From positions 4,032,001-4,096,000 of the forward strand of contig OZ252098.1 of assembly GCA_965248355.1 (NCBI GenBank): 64,000 nt of DNA. Direction: 5' to 3'. Positions 56,596 through 64,000 of the stretch are shown piece after piece. The first letter of the stretch is position 1. Every line of letters begins with the position of its first letter. The notes below the pieces were generated by a model, which was given only the letters and a program-made list of their open reading frames with translations, had not been told where the DNA came from and did no database searches. A program made the translations under genes and the position numbers. The stretch comes from Candidatus Latescibacterota bacterium. Its GTDB lineage: Bacteria > Latescibacterota > UBA2968 > UBA8231.

Positions 56596-57309
56596 GTGAC
56601 CCCGTCCGCCGGATCCGCCTCCCCGCAGAGCCCGGAGGCCCCCGTCCTGAAGGCCCGCGGGATCCGCCGGGTCTACCCGACCGGCGCCGGCGAGCTGGAG
56701 GTCCTCAAGGGCGTGGATCTGGAGATCCTCCCCGGCCGGACCCTGGCCATCACCGGGGCCTCCGGCGTCGGCAAGAGCACCCTGCTCCACATCCTCGGCA
56801 CCCTCGACCGGCCCACGGACGGCAGCCTGGAGATCACCAGCGTCGACGTCCTCTCCCTCGACGACCGCGGCCTGTCCGACTTCCGCAACCGCTACGTCGG
56901 CTTCGTCTTCCAGTTCCACAATCTGCTCCCCGAGTTCACGGCCCTGGAGAACGTGATGATGCCGGCCCTCATCGCCCGCCTTCCCGGCGGTGGCCGCGAG
57001 CGTGCCGAATCGCTGCTGAAGCAGGTCGGCCTCGAGGACCGCATGTCCCACCGCCCCGGCGAGCTGTCGGGCGGCGAGTGCCAGCGCGTGGCCGTGGCCC
57101 GGGCCCTGGTCATGTCCCCGCCTCTCGTGCTCGCCGACGAGCCCTCGGGCAACCTCGATCAGGAGGCCAGCGCCAGCCTTCACGAGTTGCTGCGCGACCT
57201 GGCCGTCACCCGCCGGCAGACCTTCGTGGTCATGACCCACGACCGTGATCTGGCGGCCAGCCTCGACCGTTGCGGCCAGCTCGTCGACGGCCGTCTGCGC
57301 CTCGATTGA
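56596..57309 (+). CDS. lolD: Lipoprotein-releasing ABC ATPase
   Basis: GASGVGKS, GFVFQFHNLL, LSGGE, ADEPSGNLD. Confidence 0.9.
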   Translation: MTPSAGSASPQSPEAPVLKARGIRRVYPTGAGELEVLKGVDLEILPGRTLAITGASGVGKSTLLHILGTLDRPTDGSLEITSVDVLSLDDRGLSDFRNRYVGFVFQFHNLLPEFTALENVMMPALIARLPGGGRERAESLLKQVGLEDRMSHRPGELSGGECQRVAVARALVMSPPLVLADEPSGNLDQEASASLHELLRDLAVTRRQTFVVMTHDRDLAASLDRCGQLVDGRLRLD

Positions 57310-57311
57310 CC

Positions 57312-57806
57312 ATGCAGTGCGAGTCCTGCCACGAGCGCGAGGCGGCCGTCGCCCTCACCATCATCTCCGGCGACGAAAAGCGGAGCCTGCGGCTGTGCCC
57401 CCGGTGCGCCGGGCAACAGGGCGGGGAGCCGAGGGAGGGCCCGCCGGCGAAAGCGCCCGCCCAGGCGGTCAAGAAGATCAACGTCGTCCTGGGCCATCTG
57501 GTCGCCGACACCGAGGACGCCCAGTGCCCCGAGTGCGGCCTCACGTACGAGCGCTTCCAGAAGATCGGCCGCCTCGGCTGCCCCGCCTGCTACGCCGCCT
57601 TCGGCGAGCCCCTGCGCCGGCTTCTGCGCCGGATCCACGGCGCCGAGTCCCACCTCGGGCGGGGACCCCGCCCGGAGGAAGGCCCCGTGGCCGACCCCGA
57701 TCAGCTGGACCAGCTGCGCCGGGAGCTGCGGCAGGCCATCGAGGAGGAGGCCTACGAGAGGGCCGCCCAGCTCCGGGACCGCATCGCCCGCCGGGGTGCG
57801 TCGTGA
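57312..57806 (+). CDS. mcsA: Protein-arginine kinase activator McsA
   Basis: CxxC motifs, GRLGCPACY, C-terminal UVR domain (EAYERAAQLRD). Confidence 0.9.
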   Translation: MQCESCHEREAAVALTIISGDEKRSLRLCPRCAGQQGGEPREGPPAKAPAQAVKKINVVLGHLVADTEDAQCPECGLTYERFQKIGRLGCPACYAAFGEPLRRLLRRIHGAESHLGRGPRPEEGPVADPDQLDQLRRELRQAIEEEAYERAAQLRDRIARRGAS

Positions 57807-58864
57807 AGCTCGACCCCCTGATCGGCACGACCCCCAGCTGGATGGGCGGCGGCGACGACGCCGAAGGCATCGTCGTCAGCAGCCGCGTGCGGCTGGCCCG
57901 CAACCTGGCCGGCTATCCCTTCTCGGGGCGCATCACCCCGGGGCAGCAGCAGCAGCTGATCGAAGAGGTGCTCACCGCGGCCAGGGGCAGCCGTTCCATG
58001 GGCGCGGCCACCTTCTTCGCCATGGGCGCCCTGGCCCCCACCGAGCGGCGCCTGCTCGTGGAGCGCCACCTCATCAGCCCGTCCCTGGCCGAGGACAAGG
58101 GCGAGCGGGGGGTCCTCTTCAACCGGGACGAGTCGCTGAGCGTGATGATCAACGAGGAGGATCACCTGCGGCTGCAGGCCATCTTTCCGGGGACCCGGGG
58201 GCGAGAGGCCTGGTCCGCCATCTCCTCCCTCGACGACGAGCTGCTGGAAGCTCTCCCCTGCGCCCACGATTCCGCTCTCGGCTTTCTCACGGCCTGTCCG
58301 ACCAACACCGGCACCGGGCTGCGCATCTCCACGCTCATCCACCTGCCGGCCCTGGTCCTGACGGAGGAGATGGAGCGCGTCCTGCAGGGGCTCGCCCAGC
58401 TGTCCTTCGCCGTCCGGGGGGTGTACGGCGAGGGTTCGAACGCGGCGGGGAATCTCTTCCAGGTGTCGAATCAGGCCACCCTCGGCATGGCCGAGGGCGA
58501 GATCGTGGAGTCTCTGATCGCCATCACGAAGAAGCTGATCGAATGCGAGCGCGACGCCCAGGAATCGCTGATGCAGGAGGCGAGGGCCCAGGTGGAAGAC
58601 AAGGTCTGGCGGGCCTGGGGCCTGCTCTCCCACGCCCGCGTGTTGCCGAGCCAGGAATTCATGACCCTGGTCTCGGCCGTGCGCCTGGGACACACCCTCG
58701 GTCTCGTCGGCGGCCTGTCCTCCAGCTTCCTGAACCACCTGATGATCGCCACCCAGCCCTCCCACCTGCGCGCCGAGGCCGGCCGCGATCTCGATTCCGA
58801 GGAAAGCGATCTGCGGCGCGCCGATCTGGTGCGCCGGAAGATGGCAGAAGCCGGAAAGCCCTAG
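57803..58864 (+). CDS. mcsB: Protein-arginine kinase McsB
   Basis: SSRVRLARN, INEEDHLR, GFLTACPTNTGTGLR, QVSNQATLG. Confidence 0.95.
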   Translation: MKLDPLIGTTPSWMGGGDDAEGIVVSSRVRLARNLAGYPFSGRITPGQQQQLIEEVLTAARGSRSMGAATFFAMGALAPTERRLLVERHLISPSLAEDKGERGVLFNRDESLSVMINEEDHLRLQAIFPGTRGREAWSAISSLDDELLEALPCAHDSALGFLTACPTNTGTGLRISTLIHLPALVLTEEMERVLQGLAQLSFAVRGVYGEGSNAAGNLFQVSNQATLGMAEGEIVESLIAITKKLIECERDAQESLMQEARAQVEDKVWRAWGLLSHARVLPSQEFMTLVSAVRLGHTLGLVGGLSSSFLNHLMIATQPSHLRAEAGRDLDSEESDLRRADLVRRKMAEAGKP

Positions 58865-58886
58865 CCCGAGGCGCTCTCGGGTCATC

Positions 58887-58915
58887 TTGACACCACCAGG
58901 ACCCCTCCGTAGCTT
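58887..58915 (+). promoter_or_regulatory. Internal sigma70 promoter upstream of clpC
   Basis: TTGACA, 17 bp, TAGCTT; a second TTGACA at 58914. Confidence 0.55.
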
Positions 58916-58952
58916 GACATCGACCGCCCAAAAATCCCGGAGGTTGTTGTAA

Positions 58953-61430
58953 ATGAACAACATGTTCACCGATGGCGTGAAGCGGGTCATGCAGTTTGCC
59001 CGGGAGGAATCGGCGCGCCTCGGGCACAACTACATCGGGACCGAGCACCTCCTGCTGGGCATCATCAAGGAGGGCAAGGGCAAGGCCGTCACCATACTCA
59101 CCAACCTGGGGCTGAATCTCGATACGGTGAGGCAGTCGGTGGAGGACTACGTGGCCACCTCCGGCGGCACCATGACCATCGGCGAGGTTCCCTTCACCCC
59201 GCGGGCCAAGCAGATCCTCGAGGTCGCGGCCAACGAGGCCAAGGAGATGAAGACGCAGTTCGTCGACATCGAGCACCTCCTGCTGGCCCTGCTCAAGGAC
59301 AAGGAAGGCGTCGCCGCCCAGATCCTCGCCGCTTTCGGGGTCGACTACAAGGCCGCCACCGAAGAGACGGTGGCCGTCCTCGAGGGCAAGACCACGGGAC
59401 AGAGGGAAAAGGGCAAGAAGAGCAAGACCCCCTTCCTCGACCACTTCGGCCGCGACCTGACGCAGTTGGCCCGCGAAGGCAAGCTCGACCCCGTCATCGG
59501 CCGCGAGAAGGAGATCGAGCGGGTCACCCAGATCCTGTCCCGGCGCAAGAAGAACAACCCCATCCTGATCGGCGACCCCGGCGTCGGCAAGACGGCCATC
59601 GTCGAGGGCCTGGCGCAGCGCATCGTCGAGAAGCGCGTGCCCCAGATCCTGCTCGACAAGCGCCTGGTCACCCTCGACATGGGCGGCGTCGTGGCCGGCA
59701 CCAAGTATCGGGGCCAGTTCGAAGAGCGCATCAAGGCGGTGCTCAACGAGCTTCAGCAGACCCCCGACGTGGTCATCTTCATCGACGAGCTCCACACCAT
59801 CGTCGGCGCCGGCAGCGCCGAGGGCACCCTCGACGCCTCCAACATGTTCAAGCCGGCCCTGTCGCGGGGCGAGCTCCAGTGCATCGGCGCCACCACCCTC
59901 GACGAGTATCGCAAGTACATCGAGAAGGACGGCGCCCTCGAGCGCCGCTTCCAGTCGATCATGGTCGATCCGCCCTCCATGGAGGACACCGTCGAGATCG
60001 TCAAGGGACTGCGCTCGAATTACGAGAGCCATCACCACGTCACCTTCTCCGACGACGTGGTCGCCTTCGCCGTGCGCCAGGCCGACCGCTATATCTCCGA
60101 TCGCTACCTGCCCGACAAGGCCATCGACATCATCGACGAGACCGGCTCGCGGGTTCACCTCTCCCGCCTCAGCCCGCCCGGCGAGATCGGACGGCTCGAA
60201 GCGCAGATCCAGGAGATCGACCGCAGCAAGATGGAGTGCTCCGAAAAGCAGGAGTTCGAGGAGGCCGCCCGCCTGAGGGACAAGGCCCACACCCTGCGCG
60301 AGACTCTGCAGCAGAAGCGGCGGGCCTGGGAGGAGGAGGTCCGCAACGAGGTCGTGGAGGTCACCGAGGACGACATCGCCGAGGTCATCTCCTCCGTCAG
60401 CGGCGTGCCGATGCAGCGCCTGGCCGCCAGCGAGACCGAGCGCCTGCTCACCATGGAGCAGGATCTGCGCAAGCAGGTGGTGGGACAGGAGCAGGCCATC
60501 GCCACGGTCTCCAGGGCCATCCGCCGCAGCCGCGCCGGCCTGCAGGATCCCAAGCGGCCCATCGGCTCCTTCTTCTTCCTCGGCCCCACGGGCGTCGGCA
60601 AGACCTACCTGGCAGCCAAGCTCGCCGAGTTCCTCTTCGGCGACGAGGAGGCCCTCGTCACCGTCGACATGTCCGAGTACATGGAGAAGTTCTCCGTCTC
60701 CCGGCTCATCGGCGCCCCTCCGGGCTACGTCGGCTTCGACGAGGGAGGCCAGCTCACCGAGCGCGTGCGCCGCCGCCCGTACTCGGTGCTCCTGCTCGAC
60801 GAGATGGAGAAGGCCCACCCGGACGTCTTCAACATCCTGCTGCAGATCCTCGACGAGGGGCGGCTCACCGACAGCACGGGGCGCAGGGTGGACTTCCGCA
60901 ACACGGTGCTGATCATGACCTCCAACGTGGGCACCCGCGAGGTCGGCTCCGGGGGCGTCTTCGGATTCCAGAAGTCGGACGAGGAGTCCATGCAGGCCTT
61001 GATGGAGGAGAAGATCACCGACGCGCTGAAGAAGACCTTCAACCCCGAGTTCATCAACCGCATCGACGACACCGTCATCTTCCACGCTCTCACGCGCGAG
61101 GATATCGCGCAGATCATCGACATCTTCCTCGCCGAGTACAAGACACGGCTGGCCCACCGCGACATCCAGTTGCGGGTCACGCCCGGCGCCAAGAGCCTCA
61201 TCGCGGAGAAGGGCTTCGATCAGACCTACGGCGCCCGCTACCTGCGGCGCATGGCGCAGAAGCTGCTCGAGGATCCGCTGGCCGAGGAGATCCTTCAGGG
61301 CCGCTTCGGAGAGGGCAGCCGGGTCCGCGTCACCAAGAAGGGCGAGATGCTGGTCTTCGACGACGAGGGCGAGCTCGCCGGGCCCGCCGTCAGGGCGGCG
61401 GAAGAGAAGAAGTCCCAGAACGCCGGCTGA
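58953..61430 (+). CDS. clpC: ATP-dependent Clp protease ATP-binding subunit ClpC
   Basis: Clp-N repeats, [12 protein letters not shown]-domain, [12 protein letters not shown] ClpP-binding loop. Confidence 0.97.
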   Translation: MNNMFTDGVKRVMQFAREESARLGHNYIGTEHLLLGIIKEGKGKAVTILTNLGLNLDTVRQSVEDYVATSGGTMTIGEVPFTPRAKQILEVAANEAKEMKTQFVDIEHLLLALLKDKEGVAAQILAAFGVDYKAATEETVAVLEGKTTGQREKGKKSKTPFLDHFGRDLTQLAREGKLDPVIGREKEIERVTQILSRRKKNNPILIGDPGVGKTAIVEGLAQRIVEKRVPQILLDKRLVTLDMGGVVAGTKYRGQFEERIKAVLNELQQTPDVVIFIDELHTIVGAGSAEGTLDASNMFKPALSRGELQCIGATTLDEYRKYIEKDGALERRFQSIMVDPPSMEDTVEIVKGLRSNYESHHHVTFSDDVVAFAVRQADRYISDRYLPDKAIDIIDETGSRVHLSRLSPPGEIGRLEAQIQEIDRSKMECSEKQEFEEAARLRDKAHTLRETLQQKRRAWEEEVRNEVVEVTEDDIAEVISSVSGVPMQRLAASETERLLTMEQDLRKQVVGQEQAIATVSRAIRRSRAGLQDPKRPIGSFFFLGPTGVGKTYLAAKLAEFLFGDEEALVTVDMSEYMEKFSVSRLIGAPPGYVGFDEGGQLTERVRRRPYSVLLLDEMEKAHPDVFNILLQILDEGRLTDSTGRRVDFRNTVLIMTSNVGTREVGSGGVFGFQKSDEESMQALMEEKITDALKKTFNPEFINRIDDTVIFHALTREDIAQIIDIFLAEYKTRLAHRDIQLRVTPGAKSLIAEKGFDQTYGARYLRRMAQKLLEDPLAEEILQGRFGEGSRVRVTKKGEMLVFDDEGELAGPAVRAAEEKKSQNAG

Positions 61431-61468
61431 GGAGCGGTTTCACCCGCCGGCCACGCCCCCGACCGACG

Positions 61469-61510
61469 AGCCGCCCTGTCGCAACCACGCCGCTGACAGG
61501 GCGGCTTTTC
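61469..61510 (+). terminator. Rho-independent terminator after clpC
   Basis: AGCCGCCCTGTC..GACAGGGCGGCT followed by TTTC. Confidence 0.75.
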
Positions 61511-61579
61511 TCGGGGGGTACCGATCATCCCGGGCGGTGAGCGACCGGGCCGCCGCCCCCTTGAGGGAGGAGACCGAGA

Positions 61580-63895
61580 ATGGTCATGTCCCATGTTGCC
61601 CGGATCCCTGATCCAGCCCCAACCATCCGCCGCGCGGCGCTCTTGTGCGCCGCCCTGGTCCTGCCCGTCCTCGCCCAGCCCACGGTCGAGGAGATCGAGA
61701 TCCAGGGCGATCTGCGCCGGGTCGCCGAGTCCCTGATCCTCACGACCATCGGCCTCGAGCCGGGCGTCCACCTGTCCCAGGACAACGTGCAGGAGGCCGT
61801 GCGCGCCCTCGACGCCCTGCAGGTCTTCTCCGACATCCAGCTCTGGGCCGAGCCCGGTGAGAGCCCCCAGGGACTCAAGCTGATCGTCGTCGTTCAGGAG
61901 TACCCTACCCTGGAGGGGCTCCGTTTCCGGGGGCAGGACGAGCTCGATGAGAAGGACATGGAGGAGGCGATCGACCTCGTCGTGGGCCAGGTCGTCGCTC
62001 CCAAGGACGTGGCCCGGGGCCGCCAGCGCATCCTGGAGATGTACGGGGAAGAGGGCTACCTGCGGGCCGAGGTGGAGGGCCAGCTCTTCGACGGCGACGA
62101 GGAGGGTTCGGTGATCCTCCAGTTCGACATCGTCGAGGGGGACAAGGTCAAGATCGCGGCCATCGAGATCCACGGGAACGAGGCCTTCGACGACGGCAAG
62201 CTCCGCAAGCAGATGGAGACCAAGCCCAAGCGCTGGTACCGCAAGGGCGAGTTCCAGGCCGATGTCTTCGAGGAGGACAAGCAGCGCATCCTGGCCTTCT
62301 ACCGCTCCGAAGGCTACCAGCAGGCCGTCATCCTGCGCGACAGCATCTACTACGACGACAGCCGCCGCCGACTCTACCTCGACCTGGAGGTCGACGAGGG
62401 CCGGCGGTATTTCGTCCGCGACCTGGCGTGGGCGGGCAACGAGCTGTTCACCGACGAGGAGCTGGCGGGCCAGATGAGGGTGGAGCAGGGAGACGTGTTC
62501 GCGTACTCCGCCACCGAGCTGGCCTTCCTGGCCAAGAGCGCCTACTACGAGCGCGGCTATCTCGACACCGAGGTCATCCCCCACGAGCAGATCCACGCCG
62601 ACAGCATCGACGTCACCTTCCAGATCTTCGAGGGCGAGCCCTGGCGCATCCGCCGCATCGACTTCGCCGGCAACGTCAAGACCCGCGAGAAGGTCCTGCG
62701 CCGCGAGGTCGCCCTGCGTCCCGGCGACGTCTTCAAGTCGAGCCAGCTGCAGGAGAGCCAGCGCCGCCTGTACATGCTCGGCTTCTTCAAGGACGTGCAG
62801 GTCCAGGACCAGGCCAGCGTCGCCGGCGAGGAGAAGCTGATCGACCTGACCTTCAACGTCGAGGAGCAGCGCACGGGCGCCGCCTCCATGGGGGCGGGCT
62901 ACAGCGACACCTACAAGCTCGTCGGCAACATCGGCCTGCAGATCCCGAACTTCCGCGGCCGGGGGCAGAGCCTCGACTTCAACTGGGAGTTCGGCACCCG
63001 GCGCAAGCAGTTCCTCATGGGATTCACCGAGCCCTGGCTCTTCGACACGCCCACCACTTCCTCCGTTCGCGTCTACAGCCTCACCCAGCAGTACCTGGAG
63101 AACTTCGACTTCCATCGCAACTCGATCAGCGTGCGCCTCGGCCGCCGGCTCAAGAAGCCGGCCTTCGCCTCCGTCACCCTCGGATATCAGCTGCGGACAC
63201 AGAAGTACACCGACTTCTCTCAGGATGTCGACTCCAGCCTGCCCCAGTACGAGCCCCAGACCACCTCCAGCCTCGAGATCGTTTTCCGCCGGGACACGCG
63301 CGACCTGCCCGACTTCCCCACCCGGGGCTCGGTGATCAGCTATACGCCGGAGGTGGCCTCGTCGCTGATCGCCGGCGACGTCGACTTCCACCGCCACGAG
63401 CTGACCGCCAATATCTACCGGCCGAGTTTCTGGCGCTTCGTCCTCGCCCTGGAGACCAAGTTCGCCCTCATCGACGGGTTCTCGCCCTACGACGACACCC
63501 ACATCACCTTCTGGGACAAGTTCACCCCGGGCGGCGTCGACTGGTGGGACGGCCAGGTGCGCGGCTATCCCGACGCCTCTCTCGGCCCCCGCAGCCCCGC
63601 CGGCAACCCCCTCGGCGGCCGCTCGATGATGACCATGAATCTCGAGTACCGCTTTCCCATCACCGAGCGCCAGGTGGTGGGGCTGGTCTTCGCCGACGCC
63701 GGCAACGCCTGGGCCGGCATCCGCGACTTCAATCCCATCGACCTGCGGCGGTCCGCCGGCGTCGGCTTCCGCGTGATCACCCCCATGCTGGGCATGATCG
63801 GCTTCGACTTCGGCTACGGCTTCGACCGGCGCAAGGTCGACGGCCGCCGCCCGGGCCTGAGCACTCACTTCCAGTTCGGTCCGCGCTTCTTCTAG
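61580..63895 (+). CDS. bamA: Outer membrane protein assembly factor BamA
   Basis: POTRA repeats (GNVKTREKVLRRE), FTEPWLF, VRGY motif, terminal Phe. Confidence 0.95.
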   Translation: MVMSHVARIPDPAPTIRRAALLCAALVLPVLAQPTVEEIEIQGDLRRVAESLILTTIGLEPGVHLSQDNVQEAVRALDALQVFSDIQLWAEPGESPQGLKLIVVVQEYPTLEGLRFRGQDELDEKDMEEAIDLVVGQVVAPKDVARGRQRILEMYGEEGYLRAEVEGQLFDGDEEGSVILQFDIVEGDKVKIAAIEIHGNEAFDDGKLRKQMETKPKRWYRKGEFQADVFEEDKQRILAFYRSEGYQQAVILRDSIYYDDSRRRLYLDLEVDEGRRYFVRDLAWAGNELFTDEELAGQMRVEQGDVFAYSATELAFLAKSAYYERGYLDTEVIPHEQIHADSIDVTFQIFEGEPWRIRRIDFAGNVKTREKVLRREVALRPGDVFKSSQLQESQRRLYMLGFFKDVQVQDQASVAGEEKLIDLTFNVEEQRTGAASMGAGYSDTYKLVGNIGLQIPNFRGRGQSLDFNWEFGTRRKQFLMGFTEPWLFDTPTTSSVRVYSLTQQYLENFDFHRNSISVRLGRRLKKPAFASVTLGYQLRTQKYTDFSQDVDSSLPQYEPQTTSSLEIVFRRDTRDLPDFPTRGSVISYTPEVASSLIAGDVDFHRHELTANIYRPSFWRFVLALETKFALIDGFSPYDDTHITFWDKFTPGGVDWWDGQVRGYPDASLGPRSPAGNPLGGRSMMTMNLEYRFPITERQVVGLVFADAGNAWAGIRDFNPIDLRRSAGVGFRVITPMLGMIGFDFGYGFDRRKVDGRRPGLSTHFQFGPRFF

Positions 63896-63931
63896 CCGGC
63901 CGACGCCACCCCGACCGAGAAAAAAAACCGA

Positions 63932-64000
63932 ATGCTCCGATTCCGCGGCCTCCCGGCCGTCCTCGCCGCCGGCCTCCTCCTGCCGGTCCAGCCCTCCAGC
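63932..64000 (+). CDS. Start of a secreted protein (possibly OmpH/Skp by position), truncated by the window edge
   Basis: MLRFRGLPAVLAAGLLLPVQPSS signal-like; identity inferred from position after bamA only. Confidence 0.4.
   Translation, partial: MLRFRGLPAVLAAGLLLPVQPSS

Noticed and set aside
1..64000. Many long overlapping or antisense ORFs (e.g. 25425-28616 -, 37318-40692 -, 33130-35748 +)
   Set aside because: Arg/Pro/Gly-rich shadow frames expected at high GC; each overlaps a gene with clear family motifs.

Overview
High-GC (roughly 70% by eye), gene-dense chromosomal window from a diderm bacterium. BamA, LolA, LolD/E, several C-terminal FlgD-Ig/T9SS-type-A-like sorting domains, dockerin/cohesin-like motifs and mcsA-mcsB-clpC suggest an FCB-related lineage such as Latescibacterota (inference only). 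Left part (1-18 kb): start of a type III Mod methyltransferase, catabolic genes (enolase-family dehydratase, GH88, TPP enzyme, M81 peptidase, phosphonoacetate hydrolase with a Zn-alcohol dehydrogenase), guaB and two internally deleted pseudogenes. Middle: ABC exporter pair, rdgB, a TPR protein with unusual inserts, a permease / PQQ-propeller-transglutaminase-TPR / HEAT lipoprotein cluster, hisG-hisD-hisB, a YfhO-like glycosyltransferase and two large secreted CTD proteins. Right part: moaD-moaE fusion, tsaD, ftsK, lolA, S8 protease, prfB, lolE-lolD, mcsA-mcsB-clpC and bamA. The most striking locus is 32.2-33.2 kb. It holds a lower-GC transcription unit with its own promoter and terminator, encoding a 2-TM protein with an Rpn-like EGRQ-repeat tail and an internal Shine-Dalgarno plus in-frame ATG. 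Just upstream lies a stand-alone copy of only that tail. This layout recalls RpnL/RpnS intragenic toxin-antitoxin pairs, but with a membrane effector in place of the nuclease. No rRNA, tRNA, CRISPR array or transposase was recognised.
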